Shown: piece after piece, positions 29,201 through 39,454 of the stretch
Position numbering within the stretch: the first letter of the stretch is position 1
Layout of the letters: each line of letters starts with the position of its first letter
Source of the DNA: Amoebophrya sp. A120
Taxonomy: Eukaryota > Protista > Dinoflagellata
Assembly (NCBI GenBank): GCA_905178155.1
Contig: CAJINV010000015.1
Span: 1,237,495-1,301,494, forward strand
DNA: 64,000 bases
Direction: 5' to 3'
The notes under the pieces: model-generated
Databases searched by the model: none
What the model was told of the DNA's origin: nothing
The model's input: the letters and a program-made list of their open reading frames with translations, nothing else
Translations under genes and position numbers: made by a program

Positions 29201-32200
29201 TTTTCTCATACTGTCCTGGGCATTGTGCTGCTGCAATCTATCAAGATAACGAGCTGGATTTTTTATGCCATGACCTCACTAGCCAACCTCGTCGAGGAGA
29301 CCCAGATTTGTCATGCCCGACAGGACCCAAGCCTTGTTCTTGATTTGCGTAGCAATTGATTTTTTTCGTTTTTGTGAAAGCGGTGGGGGTGTTTAATTAA
29401 GTTTCTACTCAGGATACGTCCAAATTTCCCTGCAGGCCGGTCAGATCGCCTGAGAATTTCCTAAACAGCTCGTCGATGAGCCCCTGCGAAATTTCATCTC
29501 GTCGCTCCGTAGCGATATCACCGGCCAGCGCGTCGTGGCCTTTAGTAAATTCTTCCTCAAGCTCCTTCATGCGCAGGCGCTTGCGCTTTTTCAGTTCTCT
29601 AACCTCGCCAGCCTTTGCCATTGCGGCCTGCAGGGCGTCTTCCTTTGCCTTGAGCTCCTGGGCGTGCTTTTGCTCCTGCTCCCTCAAGAGCCTTTGCGCC
29701 TCCTCAATTTGTCGATTGGCTTCCTCTATCAAATGCAAATGTGTCTGGGTCTGGAAGGATGCAACTTGTGATGGGAAATCTTTCTTCTCGAGCAGCAAAA
29801 AATGTGTATTGTATGAGGGCCAATAAACGCTGCCCACTTTTTGCTACACAAATGGCGCATTTCTCATGCAGGATAGCTAATGCTTCATGTGCATTCCAGA
29901 TCATGTACTCACTTCAAAAAATGCATGGCCAACAAGCGCACTCTTCCAGACCGAGACATATTTGCCTTTGATATTGTCGAGCTCTGCCTCCAAATTGCCC
30001 TCGGCCTCCTTGTGCGTCGTTTTCAACTCCTCAAGCTCGGCATCACGGTCTTTCTTCAATCTTTCAGCCTTATCTCTTGCCGTCTCGCTTTCTCGCAGCC
30101 GTTTCTGATTCGCAGCTAGCAGCTCCTGGATTTCAGTGGCTTGTCTGTCGTATCAACTCCAAATATTTCAGAGTCTGGAAACCTGTGATGCTAAATGGTC
30201 ATATTAATTGAACAGCCTTCCTAGTGCAGCCACGCATGACAAACATTTTTGCGAGCGCTTTAGCTTTTTCATCATGCCTAGGGCGCATTACAAACTGCGT
30301 TTTTACATGACCCAAAAAGTCGCGCTGTTGTTGGTCATGCAACACATATCTTTCAGGAATGACAAGCAATACAACAAGTCCACTTTTCCGGACCCAGATA
30401 TATTTGCACTGGATAAGGCGCTCGCAATTTGCAGTTTATTCTCTGCGTCTTCTACTGCTTTTTCCAGTTCACGCAGCCGGTCTGCTTGTCTTTCTGTCTC
30501 TTTACGCCTTTCTCCTTCTTCCTCCTCTTCGCGCTCTTGTCTCCACCTGTTCTTCTTAGCCACTGCTTCTCTTGCCTGCGCATCAAGCTCCTCCAGCCTT
30601 CTCTTTACTGTCGCAGAGAGCTCTTGCCAACGGGCGGCATCCTCTTCATACTGCGCTGCGCCATCGGGCGGGGCCTCTTCGTCCGCATGATCGTTTCTAA
30701 GCAAGAGGCTCTTCCGCACTTCCAAATTAGACTGCAGGTCGGCCAGCGAAGCCTGGAATTCCGTACTCCGCCGTGCAACGTCGATCTGGTCCAAAACAGT
30801 ACTTCCTTCTTGCTCTGCGGTGGTACGGGCGAGCAGCGCCTCGTAGTCTGCATCAAACTTGTCCTTGAGCGCCTGCATGCGCTCGCCGAGCGCCTGCATG
30901 CGCTCGCGTCTGCGAGTATCCGCTTCATCGAGCTTGCCAGCGTTTCGTATCCCAGAAAAAAAAGCAGGCAGGGCAAAATTGTGTATGCAAAAATTAAATA
31001 GCAGAAAAATTTGTCATGGGTGACGCCATAGCCTGCTGTTTAGGGCATTTGTTTTGTCTATTTATGTTTGCAATACAAATATGACCTGCCTGTCTTTTTC
31101 TGGGGGATATTTCTCAACGCTTCCTGAAGAGATGCTTCGAGCGTCCCCACCTTCTGTTGGTTTGCCTGCTCGGTGTTTGCTGCGTCTGCTTTTGCCTCCG
31201 CAAGTTGTCTCTTGGTTTCCTCGAGTTCTTGCCCCAACTTCTCTTGCTTGCTCTGCAGATCCGCAAGCTCGGCCGCATGGTTATTCTTCGCATTTTCAGC
31301 GTCCCCTTTCGCCGCGTCGTTTTCGCTCTTCCACGCCTTCCGCTCCTCCTCCAGCGCCTTGTTGATTTCAGCTAAGCTTTTGCCTTCGTCAGCGCGCTTT
31401 TTTTGTACCCCGTCTAGTGCGTCCGTCAGTTTCGCCACCTCAGTCTCCTTTCCGGTCATTTCTTCCCTGTGCTGTTGTGCCTGTTGCTCATTTTCCAACC
31501 GTAAATTTGCAAGAGCAGCCTCGTGGCCTTCCTGCAACGCTTCATTGTCACGTTTAGCATTCTTTATCGCTTGCTGCGCGTCCTTCTATCCTGTTCAAAA
31601 AACGAACCCATCCCGTGCTCCCGTGTTTCATGCAACTCTGCATGAACCCCACATTTTGATGCTGTTCGGTATCGGTACTTAATTTGTCACGCTAGTGCAA
31701 AAATCTTGATATTAAAAGCGTCGATGTCGAATTACAATTACTTCTATGATCTTGACGCGCCCCCGGACAGTTCAGTTCTTTTTACTCTTAGATGGCCACC
31801 TCGCTATACCTACTTATATGACCATGACGACTGCAATATTTATACATTCGTTCTCGTCGTCAGTGTTCTTCGGCCACAAGCTTCATCTTGCTCAAGATGC
31901 TAGGCCCTTCAACATGAACGTAGAAAAGTGTTTACATTGCAAAGCCTCGAAACGCTTGCCAACTTGCATGTATCAGCATGACCAGTTTTCAATGCTCAAC
32001 GGTACGGATTTGCGCTGCAAAAGAGCCCAGCGACAGCCGGCCCCGTGAAGGATGCCCAGCGCGCCTAGCGTGTGCACCAGAGAGCAGACTCGTACTCCTA
32101 CTTTCATGCCACGCAAATACAAATTCCATTGGGAGACTTTGCGTATGAAAAATTTCCAACTTCCGGGGGTCGGGCACTCGTCCTCGCACTACAACTTCCC

Positions 32201-35200
32201 AGTGTAATTATAAGATCAGCTTCTTGCTCACACCGACTGAGCACGAAATTATACACGAATAAATCTATCTCTTTCTGGAGTAATATGGAGCCAGGCGGGT
32301 TCTATTTCTTGCACGGGATATTTGCAACTTTTCCTTTAATGTAGTTACTTGTTCTCGCAGTGTCTCGGCGAGCTCTCTTGCCACTCGCGCCTTTTCTAGC
32401 GCTTCCTGGCTGGCCTTCCTGTGCCTCTCCGCTTCCTTGAGAAGCTGCTCTTGACGGTGTTGGCTCTCCGCCGCATCCCGCTCCGCCTTTTCCTTCGCGT
32501 CCTGCGCTATTCGAACGCTGTCCTGTGCGGCTTTCTGCACGTCGTCGTGGCCCGCTGAGGCGACCGACAACCGTGCGTCGAGACTATCACGCGCAGCTAC
32601 CGCCGCTGCTAGCTCGCGCTCCTTCTCAGCAAGTTCATGATCCTTGTCGGCCAGAGCCTGTGCTGCCTTTGCCCTCTCCTCTTCCACCCTGGCGTCGGCC
32701 CTCGAATGAGCCTCGGCGAGACTCTCGTCGGACTGCCGCGCCCCGTGCCGAAACTGTTCCAGATCCGCCTCGGCCGCACGTAATTTCCGCTTCGCCAGCA
32801 CGCAGTCGCCGCCGCCCGATGATCCCTGCAGCCACTCTTCCACTTCGGCCCGGCAAGCGGCTTCGAGGGCCGGTTCTATCAAAATGAAAAATCCCCCCTC
32901 CCCATATCAAAACGGAAATTTGTGATGCTGATTTGTGGCCACAAATCAGCTTTGTATTGCAGAGAGGGACTGCGACCAGATCCCCAGGCTAGGTAGGGGC
33001 GTATGGGTCTAGCAAAACAGCATGGCAAACGGCCCCCCTTTAGGCCCAACAGCATGGCAAATCGCTTCCATAATGGGGCGGAAGCTCCTGCCCTTGTCTT
33101 CTTGCAAGACAGATGTGATTTGTGACCTCAAATCCGCAATGCAAATTTTTGGAGACATACCTTTTCAATATGGGGAGGGGGGATTTTTCTTCTCAATAGG
33201 TTCCGTGGTCACTTCGCTCGGGCTGTGGAACTCAGAAATGGCCGCATCGGTTATCATAGTGAAAAAAGCCCCCACCCCATATCGGAAACGGAAGATGCGC
33301 GAATTTGTGATGCTGTATTTGAGTACACAAATCGACTTGTATTGCTAGAATTCCAAGAGACGAAGCTGCGGCATACATTGCAGGTAATCTGTCATGCTGT
33401 TTCCCACTTCCAGCTGCCTCCTGTCATCCTGGAGCTGCAAGGCTCTCCCACGCTAGGCAGCACTACAGTTCGCATCTTTTGCCTTCTAGCATCACAAAGC
33501 TGATTTGTAACCACAAATCTGCATCACAGATTTCCGTTTTGATATGGAGAGGGGGCATTTTTCATTGTAATATCGGTCAAGGGCTTCCAGAGATCTCTTT
33601 CGAAGTCGGATCTACTTGCCCCCAACGTGCTGCTGGCGCTGTCAGCGTCGTACAGGCGCCGCGCTGCAGTCTTCGCTAGCGTGACCAGCGCAAACACCTT
33701 CGGGTAGGGTTGTTCCAGAGACGAGGGGGCGATTCCCGGTCCCGCGGCCTGGCTTCCCCCCGGGATGGGGTACTGCGAAGCCCCCAGCTTCAGATCAAGC
33801 GCGTCTTGGAAGTTTGGCGCGTCCACTGCACCGGACGAGGGTGTTCCGAGCACCTCGGCAAAGGGTTTCCGCCTCGGCGCCTGCGAGGCCTGTAGTAGCG
33901 GCGGCGTGCTACTTGCCCGCGCCACCAGCTCTTCTCCTAAGTAAAAACGTCCCCACCCTATAGTCCTGCTACACAAATCACCCACGTTCGGCTGTTGCGC
34001 ATGACAGGTTTGGCCTCGTAGCGTAATCCTGTTTAGCTAGTAGTTAAGCAGCATTACAGATGTAGAATAGCATGCTGATTGGAGCATCACAAATCCCGAA
34101 CACGATTAGAAAATGCTTCTCATAGGGCTCCGCATGAGCAACATTTTAAGCATGCACATTTGCATGACAACTAACTATGGGGTGGGGACGTTTTTCTTCA
34201 GGATAGCTCTGCCGCGGTGTTCAACTCCTGCATGACCCCTGGGCCCGCCCCCGCAGTTCTATGAAATGCAAAAGTGTCTGGGTCTCGAAGAGTCATGCTG
34301 TTTTTGCATGATACAGGAGGTCTGGCATGGAAGCTCTAGCATCACAGGTTTCGAGAAGCTTCCGCAATGCCGAATCCGCATGACAAGTCCCCCATTTTGG
34401 TGACAGAAAGTGGGAAGCTTTTGCTACCTATGCATGAGAGATTTTTGTGTGTTCTGAAATGCGCATCACAAGTTTGTATTCTTCCAGACCCAGACATATT
34501 TGCAATCCATAAGTTCCGGAGGAGACCAAATTGGACGCAGCCTGCCACTTCCACCATTCCTGCCCCGCGCGGTCGGGTGCGGGGGGCTTCAGCATGCCGA
34601 GGAACCGAAAAATCTTTTTCGTGTCTTCGTCCAGCAAAAACGAGTAAAGCTTCGGAAAATGCTGAAACCACCCTCCGTCAAGCAGTTCTGAGAGTTTTCG
34701 CTCGTACGGCGTCAGGTGACTCTGGAACCGTTGCATTGCTATTAACGCCACGCGCCTGCGGTCCGCCGTGTTTATGTCCTTGCCTTTCGTGCCACTGAAC
34801 GGAGGGGCCTTGCCCTGGGCTATCAAAGTGAAGAAAGGAGTGCCTCCACCCCGTACAAACGAAGAAAACTTGTGTAGTACTACTATGCTGGATTTATTCT
34901 TGCGCAGCCAACTTGTATTGCAGCAAGCGCTTGGCGGCATTTATTTCGAAGCCTGATAGTGTATGCAAAAGGCCGCTAGCAGTTAAGGCATAAAAGACAG
35001 CGGCTTCGCAGTAGGCAAAAGCGCGTCACAGATTGACTGTGGAATGCGCCAAACAGCTCCCACTACTTGCCCCATAGAATGCAACACAAATCTGATTTAC
35101 TGTGGTCACGAATCTTCACCAGCATCACGAAGTTCTTCCATTTTCTTGAGTACGGGGAGGGGAGCAGTATCAAATGTAAAAATGTCTGGGTCTGGAAGAA

Positions 35201-38200
35201 TTCATGTTTGTCATGCTTGTCTGGCATGACTCTTAAATCTGTCATGCACATTACCCAAGAGCTCCGTTTTTCTGTGATGCAGAAGCGCAGTTTGTCATGC
35301 AGAATAGGCAACACCTAGGACCTCAGAAACTTGTCATGCTGAGCCAGCATTTGTAGCCTCATCATGAGACGCCACCCAGCATCACAAGTTTCCAGACCCA
35401 GACATTTTTACATTTGATAAGCAGATTTTCGTCACGATACGGGCGGCGATCAGACCTGTGACGTAGGGCATCAGGTGTTGATATCCTGAGTAAAAACGTA
35501 CCCACACCATAGTCAAGATAGGGAATCGGCTAGACAAATCCACAAGCTTTGGCTGTTTTGCATGACAAATTCGGACGCGTATTGTAGTGCTGTTTGAGCT
35601 AGTTCAGCAGCATTACAGATCTAGTCTCTCATGCTGATTGGAGCTTGACAAATTTCAAAACACCATTAGAAAATGCTTCTCATGGGGCTCCGCATGAGAA
35701 ACATTTTAAGCTTGCAGATTTGCATGACAACTCTGGTGTGGGTACGTTTTTACTCAGGATAGTTGACGGGGCGCGGCCAGTGCACCTGGCCCCCCCTGTG
35801 CAGCTGCGCCCATGATCTGCACCTGGTTGTATTGAGCAACAGGCTGCAGCACCGAGAACCCCTTGAACGCCTGGCTCAAGGGGCTTCCGTGCACCGTGAT
35901 GGCAAAAGCCGCGTGTTGCAACGAAGCTTCTGCTTCTTTTCCGGGTACTACGGGAGAGAACTCCGCCTTCGCCGTGAGCGCCACTGCCTTCCCCACCAGG
36001 CTCACGTGACTCTTGCAGGCTGCAGACGCCGCCTCCGGGCGAGGCCATCGACCGACATCCCCGGAAGTCGTGGAGCTGCAGGTAAAGAACATGGCCCGCG
36101 CCAGCTCAGGCATCTCCGAGAGTTGCTTGTGAGTCACATCTGTGTTCGCTCCCACGACATCCTGTTGGGTCAGGCCAACCATCTCCTTCTGCGCCGCCAC
36201 CGCAGCGTGCTCGAGATACCGCTCCACCGTGTCCGAGAGCGCGCGCGTTTTCTGTGCCGGGGGGCCGTTGAGCAGATCCACCCCGAACCGGGCGGCCGAC
36301 TCCTCCAGGTTGCGCGCGAACTTCTCGAGCCAGGGCACGGCCAGGTTGTGACCGTGATGATATCCTGAGTAGAAATGTCCCCACACCAGAGTCAAGATGG
36401 GAAATCTGCTAGACAAATCTGTCAGCTTTTGCTGTTGCGCATGACAAGTTTGGCATCGTAGTGCAAGCATGCTTAGCTTGTTCAGCAGCATCACAGATCT
36501 AGCATATCATGCTGATTCTAGCATTACAAATCCCCAAACACGACTAGAAAGCCCTTCTCATGGGTCTCCGCATGAAAAACATTTTCAGCATGCAGATTTG
36601 CATTACAACTCTGGGGTGGGGATGTTTTTACAGATGATAGATGATTAATCTGGTTCAGCACGGGAAGCAGGTAGCTCGCCACAAACATCTGGTCCACGAA
36701 AATTCGGTCAACGAAGTGGTGAAACGCATCGTGCCCGTATCCTATGTAAAAACGTCCCCACACCATAGTCAAGTTGGGGAATCGGCTAGACAAATCCACA
36801 AGTTTTGGCTGTTTTGCATGACAAATTTGGATTCGTAGTGTAGTGCTGTTTGAGCTAGCTCAGCAGCATCACAGATCTAGCATACCATGCTGATTGGAGC
36901 ATGACAAATTTCAAAACACGATTGGAAAATGCTTCTCATGGGGCTCCGCATGAGAAACATTTTTAGCATGCAGATTTGCATTACAACTATGGGGTGGGTA
37001 CGTTTTTAAACAGGATAGCCCGCGGCTGCGGGTCATGAGCTGCAGCTCACTTGTCACGTAGTCCAGGTGGCCCACAAACTCTTGCGAGATCTTTTCCATC
37101 TCCACGTACAGCGCCGGAAGCTCGAACGGTTGCGGCCTCGGCGGAGTATTCCCGACGGACACGGTCGCGGTAGCGGTGGTTCCGACACCAATTCCCGAGG
37201 CGGGGGGACCAGCACCTGCTCCCAATCCGGAGTTAGATGAACCGACCCCCGCTTATGCATTGCAAATATGTCTGGGTCCTCTGGAAGAGTCCTCCAACTT
37301 GTGATGCTAAATCTCGACCAGATAAAAATCTGTATTGCATGGGTGCCAAGTCGTGCTGCCCACTTTTCGCTGCAAAAACGGCGAATTTCTTATGCGGGGT
37401 GAGCATTTTTAGATAGGAAGCTCCTTGTACTTGTTTCGCAAAACCTGTAATGCTTGGCGTGCAGCATTCCAGCAGATCCAGACCACTGATCTGTACAACG
37501 AGCAGAAGATGCATGTGACAAACAAGCGCACTCTTCCAGAGGACCTCCCAGACATATTTGCAATTGATACCGTTGCTGTTGTACTTCTCACGGGTCCTCG
37601 TGCTGTCCCTCCATCTCGTCCGTTCGAGGACCTCATGGCACTCTGCTCCAGTTCGCTCAAATACTGAAAGAACATGTTGCACTTTTCCTCCAGATTGTTT
37701 CCTTGGTGTTCTACATCGTCAGCCAGCCGCTCCATGGCCTCCTGTGCCGCGCCCCCCATCGCGCCGGCGTCTCGGAAGACTTGCTGCACGTGCGCGGCGT
37801 CTGGAATTACATATGACCCGCTCCTCGCTGGCTCAACATGTTGGTTGCACCAGTCTGCGAATCCGCCGTTTTGGAAGCTTGCTCGTGCCCTTTGCAGAAG
37901 TTCTCCGTAGTTCATACTAAGCCCCGCCTGCGGGTCAACGTTTGCCTTTGCTGGAAGCACTCCGGGGTAAAGCGTCTTCTTTATATTCGAGTCGATGTTG
38001 GCCAAGATCGTTCTCGCAACGTCGGGCCAGTCCTGGTCGGAATCCAGTCTCTGCCCAGTTTTCTGGCAGTACCTCTCGAGATCCTCTCGGGCCTGTGCTG
38101 GGAGGAAACGCAGCGCGAGGCTCCGCGACTCGGCTTCCCGCGTCTGCTCCTCCGTAGGATCGGCACTGTTGTAGAGAGTTTCCAAAAGGTTCTCGCAGGC

Positions 38201-39454
38201 CGGTGCCGGGCCTTGGTCCGCCGCCAGGACGTCGTCGGCAAGGCTGTATTCTTCCAACCAGCGGTCGAATGATTCCAAGACCGGCAAGGTCGTGGTGGGG
38301 CTTGCAGCGTCCTCTCGGAAGGGATTTCCAGACTCGCTGCACCTGCGATATTCGTCCTCAGGCCGGTCTCCGGCGAAGTTCAACTGCCCACACCAAAACT
38401 GCAACAGTGTGTGGGAGAAGTCTTTGAACATTTGCCTCGGAAGGTGCTGGTGATCATGGTCCTCGACACAGGTTTGCTTCACGAAGTCCTCTCCCGCGTT
38501 CGGGTAATCTCTCGAGAGCGCACTGAAGACGCGCACCACCCTCTTGACTAAACCTGACTCGGAAATGCCCTCGTCGGCGTCCGCCCACCGGTCCAGGAGA
38601 GGCGAGCAATTGTCAGCGAACATGGTGTCGACTGGCGACAAGCCTCCCTCGTCGTCCTTCTGAGACACAACTACAGGGTCGAAATACGTTTCCATCCACT
38701 CGCCCAAGCTCGCCGCTGACGGCAACACTGGATTATGCGCCGGAAGATTTTTACCGAAGGGGTTCTCGCGGGTGCAGCGGTCACGATGATCTCCCTGGAA
38801 AACGTCGCTGCACCACGAATTCAAAACGAGTTTGGCGAACTCCACGAACACCAAGTACCATTTGCTTTCTTCTATGACCCGCGCCGTACAGACGCCATCA
38901 AGTGACCGCCAAAAAGCATCATAGTCCTCCTGCGTGGTTCGTTCTCGAAAGACCTGATTTGCGACTTGGAGCACATTGTTCACCAGGTCCGCGGGATCGT
39001 CTGTTGCTCCCGGTACGTGACTTAGCATGATTTCGCACGCGGGAGGAAGCCAGTTTTGTTCCACTTCTCCCTCGTGCCAGCCATAATCGTCCTGGGGCGC
39101 ATCATAGTCGTAGTCGGAGGGATGAAACTCCGCTGCACTAATAAACGCCCCGCCCTGGTGGTGAGCCTGGTCGTGTACTTCTTCTGCCCAAAATTCATCT
39201 TCCGGGGGAATCGCTCCTTCCGCGCCAGCAAACTCTTCCGGGAAATAAAGTTGTGCTCGGTGCTGCCTCTTGTTCCCCCGCGTCCCGGACACAAAAGGCG
39301 TCGCGCTTTGAAGAAAATTATACTCCTGCAGAAGAGAAACCGCTCCTTGCAGAATGAACCCGGACGACAAGAAGTCGCGCTTCTTGCACCACCTCAAACG
39401 CCACGGGACCATTTGGGAGGTGTTCCGTGGGCGCAGTAGAGGTTTTGCGACCAT
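6817..39454 (-). CDS. Very large multi-exon gene: Cys-repeat N-terminus, coiled coil, array of helical-repeat exons, Pro/Gly-rich C-terminal region
   Basis: The frame can be traced from ATG 39454 through introner-bounded exons to ~28940. It then continues via phase-1 GT-AG exons whose lengths are all multiples of 3. Linkage below 27 kb and the exact 3' end are inferred. Confidence 0.6.
9607..9942 (-). CDS. Helical-repeat exon, phase 1-1, 112 aa
   Basis: CAG|AA ... ACAG|GTGAGG, 336 nt, open. Confidence 0.7.
11440..12540. mobile_element. Degenerate family-A introner interrupted by a 762-bp insertion
   Basis: Left end tatcaaatgcaaatacgtctgg, right end cagaccc...tttgcatgtgata; ~284 bp once the insertion and one 55-bp repeat are removed. 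Confidence 0.5.
11506..12267. mobile_element. Foldback-like insertion flanked by a perfect 55-bp direct repeat
   Basis: Repeat at 11451-11505 and 12268-12322; GAGAGGGTCC-like array (~11800-11970) faces a CCCTCTC array (~11985-12240); hairpin at 11579-11599. Confidence 0.7.
13305..14522 (-). CDS. Helical-repeat exon, phase 1-1, 111 aa, split by three introners
   Basis: Removing 14174-14447, 13787-14114 and 13448-13715 (each +5 nt) leaves 333 nt open: GQMRELGGEYATRQQQLE...FVIPLDNAVGRGEGVL...LAANRQG. Confidence 0.7.
13448..13715. mobile_element. Introner family A
   Basis: TIRs; DR tcttc/tctgc; frame restored. Confidence 0.85.
13787..14114. mobile_element. Introner family C, degenerate
   Basis: tataaaaatgaaaaaaagccccc...ttttcctcacagta; 328 bp; frame restored. 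Confidence 0.6.
14174..14447. mobile_element. Introner family B
   Basis: TIRs; DR tctac/tctgc; frame restored. Confidence 0.8.
16131..16478 (-). CDS. Helical-repeat exon, phase 1-1, 116 aa
   Basis: TCAG|AG ... ACAG|GTAAGG, 348 nt; motif LGNLGDNVRTRE. Confidence 0.72.
17176..17458. mobile_element. Family-A element inside a canonical intron
   Basis: Degenerate TIRs; DR gtagg/gtact; empty paralogous site at 22670-22674. Confidence 0.65.
18130..18444 (-). CDS. Helical-repeat exon, phase 1-1, 105 aa
   Basis: TTCAG|AA ... GCCG|GTAAGA, 315 nt; motifs NWQRRNSLL and HHSTELQTLGTAW. Confidence 0.75.
20660..21019 (-). CDS. Helical-repeat exon, phase 1-1, 120 aa
   Basis: CTCAG|GC ... GACG|GTAAAG, 360 nt; motifs LEHNVRERENLL and THGAMLLRH. 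Confidence 0.75.
23152..23544 (-). CDS. Helical-repeat exon, phase 1-1, 131 aa
   Basis: TACAG|CC ... GCCG|GTATTA, 393 nt; motifs LQGNVNFRHTLL and THDALYRFH. Confidence 0.72.
23899..24281. mobile_element. Family-A element inside a canonical intron
   Basis: gtctgggtctgg and ccagacccag termini; DR ttggc/ttggt. Confidence 0.6.
24447..25228 (-). CDS. Helical-repeat exon, phase 1-1, 150 aa, one introner
   Basis: Removing 24512-24838 (+5) gives THDEMYQRHSAEVDRLETAWLGQVRKKLDE. Confidence 0.75.
24512..24838. mobile_element. Introner family B
   Basis: tatcctcagtaaaaacgtcccca...tggggacgtttttgctcaggata; DR cgttg/cgctg. Confidence 0.85.
25919..25975 (-). CDS. Charged linker micro-exon, phase 1-1, 19 aa
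   Basis: TGTAG|CC ... AAAG|GTAATT; ARAEEERRLKEAEEQNNQK. Confidence 0.6.
26342..27045 (-). CDS. Helical-repeat exon, phase 1-1, 129 aa, one introner
   Basis: Removing 26428-26739 (+5) gives THVAMYTRHASEVTDLQAGWVEQIQRKLNEA. Confidence 0.75.
26428..26739. mobile_element. Introner family B
   Basis: TIRs; DR tcgtg/tcgca; frame restored. Confidence 0.8.
27212..27465. mobile_element. Family-A element, probably within an intron
   Basis: TIRs; attct on both flanks, offset by 1 nt. Confidence 0.7.
27720..28649 (-). repeat. Tandem duplication (~310-bp unit, 2 close copies plus 1 diverged) of an intron and an E/R/K-rich micro-exon
   Basis: 27720-27860 is nearly identical to 28030-28175; exons 27883-27987, 28200-28316 and 28593-28649 are all phase 1-1 and 3n long. 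Confidence 0.8.
29101..29416. mobile_element. Introner family B
   Basis: DR cgtcc; gives LQGNLD-ERKRL. Confidence 0.85.
29727..29973. mobile_element. Introner family A
   Basis: TIRs; degraded DR tcctc/ttgtc; frame restored. Confidence 0.8.
30151..30415. mobile_element. Introner family A, degenerate
   Basis: TIRs; DR tgtcg/aggcg; frame restored. Confidence 0.75.
30948..31109. mobile_element. Introner, minor family I
   Basis: tatcccagaaaaaaaagcaggcagg...cctgcctgtctttttctgggggata; DR tttcg/tttct. Confidence 0.8.
31587..32320. mobile_element. Oversized (734 bp) introner-like intron
   Basis: tatcctgttcaaaaaacgaaccc...gggttctatttcttgcacgggata; no clean DR, but removal +5 keeps the coiled-coil frame. 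Confidence 0.5.
32877..33198. mobile_element. Introner family C
   Basis: tatcaaaatgaaaaatcccccctccccata TIR; DR ggttc; 322 bp. Confidence 0.9.
33252..33572. mobile_element. Introner family C, opposite orientation to its neighbour
   Basis: DR tcggt; 321 bp. Confidence 0.9.
33933..34205. mobile_element. Introner family B with a TCT left terminus
   Basis: DR gctct; frame restored. Confidence 0.85.
34260..34511. mobile_element. Introner family A
   Basis: DR agttc. Confidence 0.9.
34821..35439. mobile_element. Degenerate family-C introner hosting a nested family-A element
   Basis: DR tgggc/cgggc; removing the whole unit gives GLIAA(R/Q)GKAPPF. Confidence 0.8.
35168..35419. mobile_element. Family-A element nested in the TIR of the family-C introner
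   Basis: Perfect long TIR; DR agcag; 252 bp; close inverted copy of 53331-53582. Confidence 0.9.
35482..35761. mobile_element. Introner family B
   Basis: DR gttga; 280 bp. Confidence 0.92.
36361..36639. mobile_element. Introner family B
   Basis: DR gatga; 279 bp. Confidence 0.92.
36738..37017. mobile_element. Introner family B
   Basis: DR gcccg; 280 bp. Confidence 0.92.
37254..37569. mobile_element. Introner family A
   Basis: DR ccgct/ccgtt. Confidence 0.85.
37570..39454 (-). CDS. First large exon of gene 2 (acidic, two Cys/Trp repeats)
   Basis: 686-aa ORF 37409-39469; its last ~53 codons run into introner 37254-37569. Confidence 0.85.
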
